Below, one piece after another: positions 31,920 through 40,385 of a stretch of DNA of 64,000 bases; the first letter of the stretch is position 1, and every line of letters begins with the position of its first letter. The stretch is from Candidatus Brockarchaeota archaeon (GTDB lineage: Archaea > Thermoproteota > EX4484-205 > JAAOZO01), in NCBI GenBank assembly GCA_017601145.1, contig JAFNIV010000003.1, positions 8,769 to 72,768 of the forward strand, in the 5' to 3' direction. The notes under the pieces were generated by a model. The model was not told the DNA's origin. It did not search any database and saw only the letters and a program-made list of their open reading frames with translations. A program made the translations under genes and the position numbers.

Positions 31920-32261
31920 TTAATGTACAAAGAATTTAGGGCATGCTTTCGACGCTTTTTCCGCCCATACGCAGTTTTGCGCCACCGAGAGGCTCTCGTT
32001 TTCTGAAGGCTGTTTGTTCTGTGTGCTGTTTATCCACGTCACGATGCGCTCCACGGCCTTCCTCGTTGCGGCCGCGGGGTCAAAGTCCATAGCCCTTAGA
32101 ATTGTTATTAAGTGGCCTGCATATTTGGCCAAGGATGCCTTGGAGAGGCTGAAAGACGCTATATGGTCGAGGAAGGATAACGCCAGTGCACCGTGTTTCA
32201 GCCCCGCAATTACCCTTCTATAACGCCCTATCGCAACGTCAAAGTTGTATATTTCATCCAT
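31920..32261 (-). pseudogene. tyrosine recombinase/integrase, N-terminal SAM-like domain only (catalytic domain missing)
   Basis: LSFLDHIASFSLSKASLAKYAGHLITILRAM..DPAAATRKAVERIVTWI fits the integrase N-terminal core-binding pattern. The ORF stops after 113 aa, with no R..HxxR..Y domain downstream. Confidence 0.5.
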
Positions 32262-32331
32262 TTCTCCATCGGAAATGGATTGTCGCGTAGGCTTAAAAGT
32301 GGGGGGAAGAGAATTGAACCCGAGTTGTAGG

Positions 32332-32450
32332 TGCTCCGGCCGGGACTTTCACCTCCTAAGTTTTGAACCCGGGTATCGAGCTTTCTTCAGCCATTCCTCG
32401 AGAGGCTCGAATGCTTTCGGCCTAGGATAACCGGACTACATCACCGGAGC
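32332..32450 (-). tRNA. tRNA-Glu (anticodon CUC) with three putative introns (D-arm 13 nt, canonical 37/38 16 nt, T-loop 59/60 16 nt)
   Basis: Minus-strand read: GCTCCGG TG ATGT AGTCCGGTTA TC[CTAGGCCGAAAGC]AT T CGAGC CTCTCG[AGGAATGGCTGAAGAA]A GCTCG ATAC CCGGG TTCAAA[ACTTAGGAGGTGAAAG]T CCCGG CCGGAGC A. The spliced product is a 74-nt cloverleaf resembling archaeal tRNA-Glu as I recall it. Confidence 0.75.
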
Positions 32451-32516
32451 ACTAACCAAAGCTAGAAGTAAAGGTTTTTATATTTTTCTTCTAGCGTTTT
32501 TAAATTAAAACTGAAA

Positions 32517-33101
32517 ATGTCTCAGAAAAGACAAATATTGTTCATAAGTGGTACACCAGGAGTAGGAAAATCTACAATTTGCAAAGAACTAGAAAAATTT
32601 AACTTTGTTCACTTAGATGTTGGGAAGCTTGTAAAAGATAAGAAATTATACTTAAAGTATGATGAAAAAACAGACTCTTTTGTTGTATCAATGAAAAGAA
32701 TGAAAAAATCAGTGGAGAAAATAATTAGAAAAACCAAAGTAAACATGACAGTTGATTGGATACATTCTTACGAATTAGCAAGTTTAGTTCGGAGTACTAA
32801 GAGAATAATAGTTTTAAGATGTGAACCGTTAATTTTGTACAAAAGAACTCTTAAGAAGTATGGAGTCAGAAAAACTAAAGAAAACGTATTGAGTGAATTT
32901 TTAAATCAAATATCACACGAAGCACATGTGATGTTTAGAAGTAATGTAATAGAAATCGATACTAGTAATATGAGCGCTGAAAAAATAGCACTACTCATAG
33001 TTGAGGATAAATATAAACCTGGAGAGAAAATCGATTGGATGAAAAAATATTTAAAAGAGAGATCAAAGCTCAATAGACTTTTTAAAATTGTCGAAAGATA
33101 A
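32517..33101 (+). CDS. Fap7/adenylate kinase isoenzyme 6-type NTPase
   Basis: 194 aa. P-loop ISGTPGVGKST at the N-terminus. Size and layout of archaeal COG1936 kinases. Confidence 0.7.
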   Translation: MSQKRQILFISGTPGVGKSTICKELEKFNFVHLDVGKLVKDKKLYLKYDEKTDSFVVSMKRMKKSVEKIIRKTKVNMTVDWIHSYELASLVRSTKRIIVLRCEPLILYKRTLKKYGVRKTKENVLSEFLNQISHEAHVMFRSNVIEIDTSNMSAEKIALLIVEDKYKPGEKIDWMKKYLKERSKLNRLFKIVER

Positions 33102-33312
33102 GTTTCTTGTAGTGAAGTGCCCTAGATGTGGTAAATTTATGGGAATAAATGATAGAAGTAATTACAGAATTTGTCCTTTTTGTGGCTATAAGGTAACGAA
33201 GAAAAATGTAGTTAGCGCAGAAAGAATGAGTGCAAAAGAGCTGGAAGAAAAAGTTAAATTTTTAAACAAATTAGCAGAAAATAGAACTAATTCTCATTCA
33301 CTTGGACAGTAA
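33088..33312 (+). CDS. small zinc-ribbon protein (DUF1922-like)
   Basis: CPRCGKF...CPFCGY ribbon at the N-terminus. 14-nt overlap with the upstream gene. TTG start. Confidence 0.5.
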   Translation: MSKDKFLVVKCPRCGKFMGINDRSNYRICPFCGYKVTKKNVVSAERMSAKELEEKVKFLNKLAENRTNSHSLGQ

Positions 33313-35095
33313 TAGGGCTTCTATTAGAAGGAAGAAAAACAAGAGCACGACCTACTGGTAAAGATTTAAGCTGCTCAAGTATATTTTTATCTATTCCTAG
33401 GATATCTTCGATCAAAGCTGCATCCCCAGCTGAAAAAAGCCTATGGACAATTTTAACCTCACATGACTTAAATAAGTCAGGATAAATTTGAGAAGGAAAT
33501 TGGGCAATTAGTATAAGAGATTCCTTATACTTTCTCATTTCAAAGAACATCTTCTCATATATTGAGGCTTCATCTGTTCTGTTTCTAAATGGAACAAAAT
33601 TTTGCGCCTCTTCCAAAGAAATAAAATGTCCAACGTTATCAGGTCCATTTACTAGACGATACTCGTATATCAAAGCGAGTAAAAGAGAAACTGTTAACTT
33701 TCTTAAATCAGAATCTTTTATATCAGAGATTTTTAAAATTACATTCTTATTGAGAAAATCATTAATCTTTAATAAATTAGAAGCTGCAAATATTTTATTG
33801 CCTTCGCCTTCACTTAAGAGCTTTAATCTTCGTAACAACGAAAATTTTGTCTCATTTTCATAAAAAGACTTTGGTTCATAACTTTCTAATCTATCTACTA
33901 CACCTTTTATTGTTGGACGAGCTTTGTTAACTTTTGAGTAAGCCAACTCAGAAGATAAAACGTCACGAAAAACGAAAAATTGAGAAGGTGAAAAAGAATA
34001 TACATTGTTAAAAACATCAGTCACAATAGAAACATGGTTTGAAAAATCTTTCATTTCAAATGGCGATAAAAAATCAACGGAAGTTTCTCCCAAAAATCTA
34101 AAGACGAAGGACGAAGTAAAAATTGAAAACTCTTGATCGTATTCATCATGAAAGTCGAACAGCAAAAAGTGAAAGCCAAGCTTGTTGAGTTCTTTTAAAA
34201 GTTGTTTATTTGTAGTAGACTTACCAGAACCAGTTACTCCAACTATGACTGAATGCTTAAACAATGAATCAATAGGTAAAACAAGCTCACCACAAAATTC
34301 TCCCTTGTATAGTTGCTTCCCAAGAATCACACCTCTTAAATTTTCTTTTCTTTTAGATGCAATAGATATACCATTGACAAAATCTGCACTTGGAGAAGGC
34401 AAGAATAACGAAGCTAGAACTTTACCTAGATTTTTTTGCTCTTCTAAATTATGGTTTGTTGTCTCTTTTTTGCTAAGAAAATATAGGTTTAAACTACTTA
34501 AGAGAGAAGAACCTTCTAGTCTAGTCAAACTAATAAAGTTAGAATATGCTTTCGAAGCAATAAGAAAGGAATTAAATTTCTCTTTAATTATAGGAATATA
34601 TTCTTGCTTTATATCTCCTTGTATTTCTTCATAAGCAAGTATTAGTATCTCAAAATTTCTATGATTATTTGGTTGACTGTAAATATCTGCAATTAATTTC
34701 ATGCTAATGCCAGACTTATAAAGAAAATCGAAAAATTGATTAAATTGATTAAGTCTATCAAAGTCAGAATACTCTAACCTAAACAACTGTAAGAAGTACT
34801 TTTTTGAGTCCGACTTTAATAAAGCTAAGTCATTTTCCAGTAAGGAATAACTTACATTACTGTTAGATTTGTTTAAACGTGGATATAGATACAGCAAGAA
34901 AACTATAAAAGTAGAAACGAAAATAACAAAGAAAAATAAAACTAAAAATTCATAAGGTGCAAAAAGTTTTTGTTGAAAAAGTAAAGGAAAATTATTGAGT
35001 ATAAAGATAAGCGCAAGAATGAAAATAGAAAGTACGACAACAAAATCTTCTGGTAAAGAAAGGTTCTTTGAATTCAATTTCAAGGATACGCCCAA
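33287..35095 (-). CDS. membrane-anchored HerA/VirB4 (DUF87)-like ATPase, last gene of the pilus operon
   Basis: Two N-terminal TM helices. Walker A VGVTGSGKSTT. Walker B-like HFISLEEAQNF. LILIAQFPSQI late motif. 16-nt overlap with the pilin-like gene. Confidence 0.7.
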   Translation of the reverse strand: MGVSLKLNSKNLSLPEDFVVVLSIFILALIFILNNFPLLFQQKLFAPYEFLVLFFFVIFVSTFIVFLLYLYPRLNKSNSNVSYSLLENDLALLKSDSKKYFLQLFRLEYSDFDRLNQFNQFFDFLYKSGISMKLIADIYSQPNNHRNFEILILAYEEIQGDIKQEYIPIIKEKFNSFLIASKAYSNFISLTRLEGSSLLSSLNLYFLSKKETTNHNLEEQKNLGKVLASLFLPSPSADFVNGISIASKRKENLRGVILGKQLYKGEFCGELVLPIDSLFKHSVIVGVTGSGKSTTNKQLLKELNKLGFHFLLFDFHDEYDQEFSIFTSSFVFRFLGETSVDFLSPFEMKDFSNHVSIVTDVFNNVYSFSPSQFFVFRDVLSSELAYSKVNKARPTIKGVVDRLESYEPKSFYENETKFSLLRRLKLLSEGEGNKIFAASNLLKINDFLNKNVILKISDIKDSDLRKLTVSLLLALIYEYRLVNGPDNVGHFISLEEAQNFVPFRNRTDEASIYEKMFFEMRKYKESLILIAQFPSQIYPDLFKSCEVKIVHRLFSAGDAALIEDILGIDKNILEQLKSLPVGRALVFLPSNRSPITVQVNEN

Positions 35096-35283
35096 CCAAA
35101 TAGTTCATATGCGATTTGGCCTATGCTATCTACTATATTTTTAAAGAAATTTGAGATTCCACCTATTATGGATTTATATACTCCAAAAACAGCACCTATC
35201 ATCACTAAAGCAAGAACTATCAAAAGGCCTTCTTCTATTAGCTGAGAAGCTCTAAGCTTTTTCATACTTCTGATCAACCTCAT
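35080..35283 (-). CDS. putative archaeal type IV pilin (class III signal peptide-like)
   Basis: MKKLRA/SQLIEEGLLIVLALVMIGAVF: basic N-terminus, candidate cleavage after A, then a hydrophobic helix. Confidence 0.5.
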   Translation of the reverse strand: MRLIRSMKKLRASQLIEEGLLIVLALVMIGAVFGVYKSIIGGISNFFKNIVDSIGQIAYELFGWAYP

Positions 35284-35326
35284 AGTATTATAGAGTCCAA
35301 AAACTTATTTAAGCGCCAATAATTAA

Positions 35327-36127
35327 TTAATAATTACCTAGGCGTAAAAATATTATTCTAAAAAACAAGTAAGAAACTAAAAACAAAATGCACGAAATAC
35401 CAAATTTAATAGGCTTATTACTAAAATTAAAATAGGACGAAGAAATAGTAAATATTGAAATAGAAAACATAAAAAGAGATAACTTTACTGCATTAACATT
35501 ATAGCTTAAATCATAAAAAAACAGTAGGTTCATAGAATTTTTTATAAGAGAACCAAGAGATTCAAGCGAAGCAGATAAAAAACCAAAGGAAGTAAACAAA
35601 ATATAAATTAAGAGCGTTACTCTGTTTTCAAATTCAGATAAGATCCTATTAGTTTCACGAATATAGTTTAAGTTATCGAACCACATTTCAATTGCTTTGT
35701 CCACTTCGTTAGATTGCATTCTTCCAGAGTGCAATTGTTCTGATATAAACGTAATGATTGGATCTTTATTACCTGAAATACTCTTTAAAAGAGCAGTCTC
35801 TAATGATAATCCATTTGAAATTAGGTAAACAAGTTTTTTGTGGTGTTTAACTTTTTGATTTTTTGAATCTTTTAAAAACGATGCTTCTTGGAAAAGTCCT
35901 TCTTTGTTTTTAGAAATTGCTCTTGAAAAATAGTCTAAAAGATTTTCCCTGTCTTTAATATTAATCTTTGGGCTTTCATTCCTTAACAACAGAGAAATAA
36001 GGAGCGAAAAGAAAGAAGCAATAATTATGCCAAAATTTTCTGATTTGAACAGAATCTGAATAATTAAAAAACAAAGTAAAAAAACAGTTACTGCAAAAAT
36101 TTTATTTAATGACATACTCATCTTCAA
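35327..36127 (-). CDS. polytopic membrane protein, TadC/FlaJ (T2SS-F)-like platform subunit
   Basis: Position after the secretion ATPase. N- and C-terminal TM bundles flank a cytoplasmic helical domain. Confidence 0.45.
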   Translation of the reverse strand: MKMSMSLNKIFAVTVFLLCFLIIQILFKSENFGIIIASFFSLLISLLLRNESPKINIKDRENLLDYFSRAISKNKEGLFQEASFLKDSKNQKVKHHKKLVYLISNGLSLETALLKSISGNKDPIITFISEQLHSGRMQSNEVDKAIEMWFDNLNYIRETNRILSEFENRVTLLIYILFTSFGFLSASLESLGSLIKNSMNLLFFYDLSYNVNAVKLSLFMFSISIFTISSSYFNFSNKPIKFGISCILFLVSYLFFRIIFLRLGNY

Positions 36128-36641
36128 CCTTTGCTAATCTAAGAAATAATGAAAGAAAAACAGGATAAAATAAGATAAAATAAGATAAAAAACTAATAGA
36201 ATCCCTAAAGAGGAAAAAAGAAAAAAAAGTAAATACAAATGGAATGATAAAGGATACAAAAGTGAATACTGTTAGAAATATCTTAAGGCGGTTTACGCTT
36301 TCTAAGTATATGTTTCTTTTATAGCTTTCTACAAAAGAAATTCTTTGATGGATACTTGATTTAAATTTTAAGTATTGCTCTGTTTTATTTAGCTCTAGTG
36401 GTAAGTATTTAGTAGTATCAAGACCAGAACTTATTGCAAGAATAAACCTATTATATGCATTACTTTTATTACTAAGCTTTAGTACACGCTTAGCAGCATG
36501 AATTTCATTTTCGCCAACTATCCTATAAGATACATATACCACATGTTGCAAAGTTGAGAGACTTGATTTCTTACTACTCAGTTTACTAGAGATGAAATTA
36601 AGATAAGCTTTTACTATGTTAATAAGCTTACTAAAATTCAA
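36102..36641 (-). CDS. membrane protein, TadB/FlaJ (T2SS-F)-like platform subunit
   Basis: 4-nt overlap with the ATPase gene. Helical domain followed by C-terminal TM helices (IFLTVFTFVSFIIPFVFTFFSFFLF). Confidence 0.45.
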   Translation of the reverse strand: MNFSKLINIVKAYLNFISSKLSSKKSSLSTLQHVVYVSYRIVGENEIHAAKRVLKLSNKSNAYNRFILAISSGLDTTKYLPLELNKTEQYLKFKSSIHQRISFVESYKRNIYLESVNRLKIFLTVFTFVSFIIPFVFTFFSFFLFRDSISFLSYFILFYPVFLSLFLRLAKVEDEYVIK

Positions 36642-38350
36642 GATGTTCCATCACTTTGCAAAAAGCAAAAATTACTAGTGTAACTGATTTCGTTTCTTTT
36701 TGCCAATATAATTTTGATCCATTTTTGGTAAACTTCTTCTACATCATCTAAATTATTGTCACCTAGGTTTATAATTTTCAGCTCATAGGGATATGCACTT
36801 GAGACGTTTATTAAACCAATGGAGCTTAATCTTCTTATAATCTTACCATCCTTTTCTATTTTTCTCATCTCTAAAACAACGTCAAGGTATGGAATTAAAA
36901 ACGAAGAAACTTTGTAAACATTTACAACTCTGTCAATGAATCCAGAAACACTCGGCGCATGCGAAGTATGAGCAACTCTCAATCCAGAAGATAATGCGTA
37001 GAAAAGAGACTTAAAATGATCTTCATACTGTAACTCACCAAGAACTACATAAGTTGGATTCCTATGTAACAGCTTTATTATTTCTTCTGACTTTTTTCTT
37101 ACTTTGACTTTAGACTCAAAAGGGTTAGTGAATAATTTTAGACAAAAATTTGAACCATAGAAAGAATAAGAGATTTCTGGAACATCCTCTAAAATTATGA
37201 CCCTCCAGTTTTTAGGAACAGAATTTAAAACTGAAGCAAGTAGTGTTGTTTTGCCACTTCCAGGTTCTCCAACTATAGACATGTTAGCACGAATTCTTAA
37301 CAAACTTATTAGGAAAGACGCTGTAGCCTTATCTATGGTACCATTTTGAATAAGATTGGATAAACTTTTTGACTCTTTGCTTAGCTTTCTTATATCAAAG
37401 GAAAGATAATTAACTAAAGGAAAAGAATCGAAGGAAACTCTTAGAATACAGTTGTGAAATGAAAGATCGCCCTTAATTGAAGGAGAAGAGAGACTTAGCT
37501 CTTGACCACTGTTTCTTCTTAAAGCTGAAAGAAGAGCTTTAACTTCTTTATCCCTTGGTTTGATGTTAGTAGATAATCTTCCATTCCCACTAAGCTCAAC
37601 GTACACGGCCTTACCCACATCATCGAGATAAATTTCGTTAATATTCTTATCGAAAAAAAGAGGGGAAATAGAAGCTAGACCCATAGAAACAAAAACGGAA
37701 TGAATCGCGAGACTACTAATTAATTGAGAAGAAAGATTTTTACTAATTTTATTTAAGTATCTTATAGCAAATTTATATCTGTATTTGACGAAATCATCAA
37801 ATCTATTTGGTTCAAGAAGTTGCTCGTTAACTATCCATCTGAGAAAGTATGCAGCATCAAGCAGAATTCTCTTTATGAAAGCACCTTTATACTTAATGTA
37901 GTACATATCTCTTTTAAAAACAATGCTTAAATGGGAGAGGCTATCAGGAATCTCAACGACAGCACTATTGGAATTTGCACTATACTTTGAGTCTGCAAGG
38001 AGATCTTCCTGCCTAATATTCTTATTCAAATTATAGAGTTCACCGAAAGTTGGATAGACCGATAAATAACTCAAGTTAAGTCCTTCAAGCTTACTCTTGT
38101 ACTTTAAAGCTATTGCCTTAACAAGTTTTGAGATTTGATAGGCTCTATTTAAGCACTTAGATAAGATAGCTTTATCAACGATTGTTTCTTTATAATCTTT
38201 AAACTCTACGTACACAGAACTTATATTCTTAAAAAAGCGCATATAAAAAATCACATAACTGAGAATTCCATCGACAAGCCCTTCATCAAAATTACTATTG
38301 ACAGTAATTAATAAGCTGTTCCCGAATCTTTTTACCTTTTTTATTATCAT
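36638..38350 (-). CDS. type II/IV secretion-family ATPase (FlaI/PilB/TadA-like)
   Basis: Walker A VGEPGSGKTTLL, Walker B VIILEDVPE, His-box region TSHA. About 270 aa N-terminal domain. Confidence 0.8.
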   Translation of the reverse strand: MIIKKVKRFGNSLLITVNSNFDEGLVDGILSYVIFYMRFFKNISSVYVEFKDYKETIVDKAILSKCLNRAYQISKLVKAIALKYKSKLEGLNLSYLSVYPTFGELYNLNKNIRQEDLLADSKYSANSNSAVVEIPDSLSHLSIVFKRDMYYIKYKGAFIKRILLDAAYFLRWIVNEQLLEPNRFDDFVKYRYKFAIRYLNKISKNLSSQLISSLAIHSVFVSMGLASISPLFFDKNINEIYLDDVGKAVYVELSGNGRLSTNIKPRDKEVKALLSALRRNSGQELSLSSPSIKGDLSFHNCILRVSFDSFPLVNYLSFDIRKLSKESKSLSNLIQNGTIDKATASFLISLLRIRANMSIVGEPGSGKTTLLASVLNSVPKNWRVIILEDVPEISYSFYGSNFCLKLFTNPFESKVKVRKKSEEIIKLLHRNPTYVVLGELQYEDHFKSLFYALSSGLRVAHTSHAPSVSGFIDRVVNVYKVSSFLIPYLDVVLEMRKIEKDGKIIRRLSSIGLINVSSAYPYELKIINLGDNNLDDVEEVYQKWIKIILAKRNEISYTSNFCFLQSDGTS

Positions 38351-38502
38351 TTTTTAACTTCTTCTGAATTTGGAAAAGTTTCTTTAAATTTCATTATATA
38401 GCCTTGTAACGTATCAATCCTTCTTTTTACTACAGACAATTCATTCTTTAAGTTTGAAATTTCATCTATTATAGCATCTATTATAGCATCTTCATACTTC
38501 AT
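38347..38502 (-). CDS. 51 aa coiled-coil protein, first gene of the pilus operon (below ORF-track cutoff)
   Basis: GGAG 5 nt upstream of the ATG. Reads MKYEDAIIDAIIDEISNLKNELSVVKRRIDTLQGYIMKFKETFPNSEEVKK. Its TGA overlaps the ATPase ATG (ATGA). Confidence 0.45.
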   Translation of the reverse strand: MKYEDAIIDAIIDEISNLKNELSVVKRRIDTLQGYIMKFKETFPNSEEVKK

Positions 38503-38548
38503 TTTTGCTCCTAAGTTGAAGTATCTATAGAGGAACTTATAAGGACAA

Positions 38549-39145
38549 ATGAAGCTTAAAAATAAAGAGTTGGAATGGCTAATTTTTATTTGGGTACCAC
38601 TTTGGGCAATAATGAGTTATGAAGACATAAAAGACAGAGAAGTTTCTATAATTTTTTTAGCAATATTTTTTGTATCAAGTCTAGCATTTGTATTTATAAA
38701 AGGCATTTTAGTAAGAAATACTCTTGAGTACTTACTTTCCATTTTAGAGGTTACATTAGTTTCAGGCATACAACTTATATTAGGATGTATAGGATTTGCA
38801 GATTTCATATTCTCATTGGCAATTGTACAATTAGTGAGCATAGGCATTTTTAGGGTAAGACTAATACTAGGTTTCTTTCCTACAAACTTACAGTTTGATA
38901 CTGGCTTAGTAGAACCAATTTACGTAAACATGTGCACAGTCTTACTTAGAATCGACTTCCTAAAGAAGATGCAAAATATAACTGATAAAAGGCTTGTTAG
39001 AATTATTGCATTTTCTCTTCCCTTTGCTTGGATTTTTGCAGTAATTTTTCCAAAGGTTAAAACAAAAAAGCCTGATGTACCATTCATTCCACTCTTTGGA
39101 ATGTTGGTGCTTATAACTAGTCTTGCGCATATTATTATTTTGTAA
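38549..39145 (+). CDS. prepilin/preflagellin peptidase (A24 family)-like membrane protein
   Basis: Polytopic. First Asp motif SYEDIKDREV resembles FlaK/PibD D-x-K-x-R-E. Second candidate motif is GFADF. Divergent from the pilus operon. Confidence 0.55.
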   Translation: MKLKNKELEWLIFIWVPLWAIMSYEDIKDREVSIIFLAIFFVSSLAFVFIKGILVRNTLEYLLSILEVTLVSGIQLILGCIGFADFIFSLAIVQLVSIGIFRVRLILGFFPTNLQFDTGLVEPIYVNMCTVLLRIDFLKKMQNITDKRLVRIIAFSLPFAWIFAVIFPKVKTKKPDVPFIPLFGMLVLITSLAHIIIL

Positions 39146-39149
39146 GTGC

Positions 39150-39311
39150 ATGAGCAGAATACTAGATAAGATGATGATAATAATGGTTGAAGGATTAGTT
39201 TCAGCATTAATACTTTATTTCTTTGCAAAAAATTTTTCTCAAATTATTCAAATACTTAAGGAACTTTTTTCTAGGATAAACTTAAGCAAAATAGTTTTAA
39301 GGGGAAAATAA
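39150..39311 (+). CDS. small protein with hydrophobic N-terminus (candidate minor pilin)
   Basis: MSRILDKMMIIMVEGLVSALILYFFA. Confidence 0.3.
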   Translation: MSRILDKMMIIMVEGLVSALILYFFAKNFSQIIQILKELFSRINLSKIVLRGK

Positions 39312-39315
39312 CAAA

Positions 39316-39657
39316 ATGGAAGAGGCTGAGTTTATTGGATCAGTTATAGCATGGTTTTTGCTGTGCGCAACTATTGGAATCCTTGAAGTAAAACTTGTAA
39401 CCACATATGAAAAAAGAGAAGTAGAAATACTAAAGATTTTATTTGAAAAAATCAATTTTATTACAAAGGCTAACAAAAAGATAGAATTTAAAATCAGCTT
39501 ACCAAAAATTGGTCTAGAAGTTACGAAGATAAAAAGAGTGAATGAATCGACCATTCAAATAATCGCCCCTTTTTGTGAAAATGTTACTGTTTCCTTTGAT
39601 GAAAATGTAAGTGTGTTTTTAAATGAACAAGGAATTGTTCTTACTAGGAAAAATTAA
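39316..39657 (+). CDS. small protein with hydrophobic N-terminus (candidate pilin-like)
   Basis: MEEAEFIGSVIAWFLLCATIGIL followed by a beta-rich tail. Confidence 0.35.
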   Translation: MEEAEFIGSVIAWFLLCATIGILEVKLVTTYEKREVEILKILFEKINFITKANKKIEFKISLPKIGLEVTKIKRVNESTIQIIAPFCENVTVSFDENVSVFLNEQGIVLTRKN

Positions 39658-39793
39658 TAAGAATAAGCTAGGAATTCTTGAATTAGGGTTTTCAGTCCTA
39701 TTGCTTTCAGTTTACTTAGTTGGGCTTATAATGGTTGATCATGAAATGAATAGAGTTTTAGAGGAACTTATAAGGAAAGCAACTAACATATGA
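39623..39793 (+). CDS. 56 aa protein with pilin-like N-terminus (below ORF-track cutoff)
   Basis: MNKELFLLGKINKNKLG/ILELGFSVLLLSVYLVGLIM. Overlaps the previous gene. Confidence 0.3.
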   Translation: MNKELFLLGKINKNKLGILELGFSVLLLSVYLVGLIMVDHEMNRVLEELIRKATNI

Positions 39794-39881
39794 GTAAGTT
39801 GGTGGTAAAAGTAAATGTATGAAGAAATAGATGTAAGCATTGCCTCTTTATTAATATGGTTGACTTTTTTTCTCATAAAGT

Positions 39882-40385
39882 ATGTTATTAAGAATAACAT
39901 CTTTTGAAGATTTAGTGAAAATGAAGATTTTAGGGGTTATACCTACATTAACTGCATTTACTTTTATATACATTTTATTTTCACTACTAATAGTAAAGGA
40001 AGCTACAAACATTTATTACAGCATTAACATTGTAAAAAGATTCAACATAGAAGTGAATGAAACTTCAAAGAGTGAACAAATTATAGACAAGAAAGTAAAA
40101 GAAGGAATAAGTACACTTGAAAACAAAACAATAAAATCTTCTGAGTTGTCGGAAGTTATAGACAGCATTTTTAAGAACGTAATAGAAGAGTTTTCTAAGA
40201 ACAACACTAAAGTAAGTTATGTATTTAACATAAACAGCATAAAAGTAAGTAGTGAAACATACAAAGTAAAGGTAAAATACAAAATAAACGTTGAAGTAAC
40301 AGAACAATACTTCTATATTAGGTCTTGGATAGAAGGAGAGAAAGATGTAACAGTAAATCTTCTGGAGGATTTCGCACAAAACTAG
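39882..40385 (+). CDS. membrane-anchored protein (candidate pilus-associated)
   Basis: N-terminal TM GVIPTLTAFTFIYILFSLLIV followed by a soluble domain. Confidence 0.35.
   Translation: MLLRITSFEDLVKMKILGVIPTLTAFTFIYILFSLLIVKEATNIYYSINIVKRFNIEVNETSKSEQIIDKKVKEGISTLENKTIKSSELSEVIDSIFKNVIEEFSKNNTKVSYVFNINSIKVSSETYKVKVKYKINVEVTEQYFYIRSWIEGEKDVTVNLLEDFAQN

Larger units (their letters stand above)
29515..32331. mobile_element. GC-rich island I: putative degraded integrative element at the 3' end of tRNA-Glu
   Basis: Abrupt AT-to-GC switch at 29515. Integrase N-terminal remnant beside the tRNA. 14/16 nt direct repeat of the tRNA 3' end (29513-29528 vs 32329-32344). Confidence 0.5.

Noticed and set aside
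32301-32330. T-arm-like string (minus strand CTCGGGTTCAATTCTCTTCCCCCC) immediately 3' of tRNA-Glu, considered as a second tRNA remnant
   Set aside because: The flanks of the TTCAATT loop cannot pair and no acceptor or anticodon arm can be built. At best an unprovable relic.
36164-36190. Tandem GATAAAATAA repeats
   Set aside because: Within the coding sequence of a membrane protein (encodes the FILFYLILFYP-type hydrophobic stretch on the minus strand). Low-complexity AT-rich slippage with no independent feature.
38463-38490. Tandem 12-nt direct repeat (CATCTATTATAG x2.3) checked as a possible mini-array
   Set aside because: It lies inside the 51-codon first gene of the pilus operon and simply encodes the AIIDAIID duplication. 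No spacers, so not CRISPR-like.
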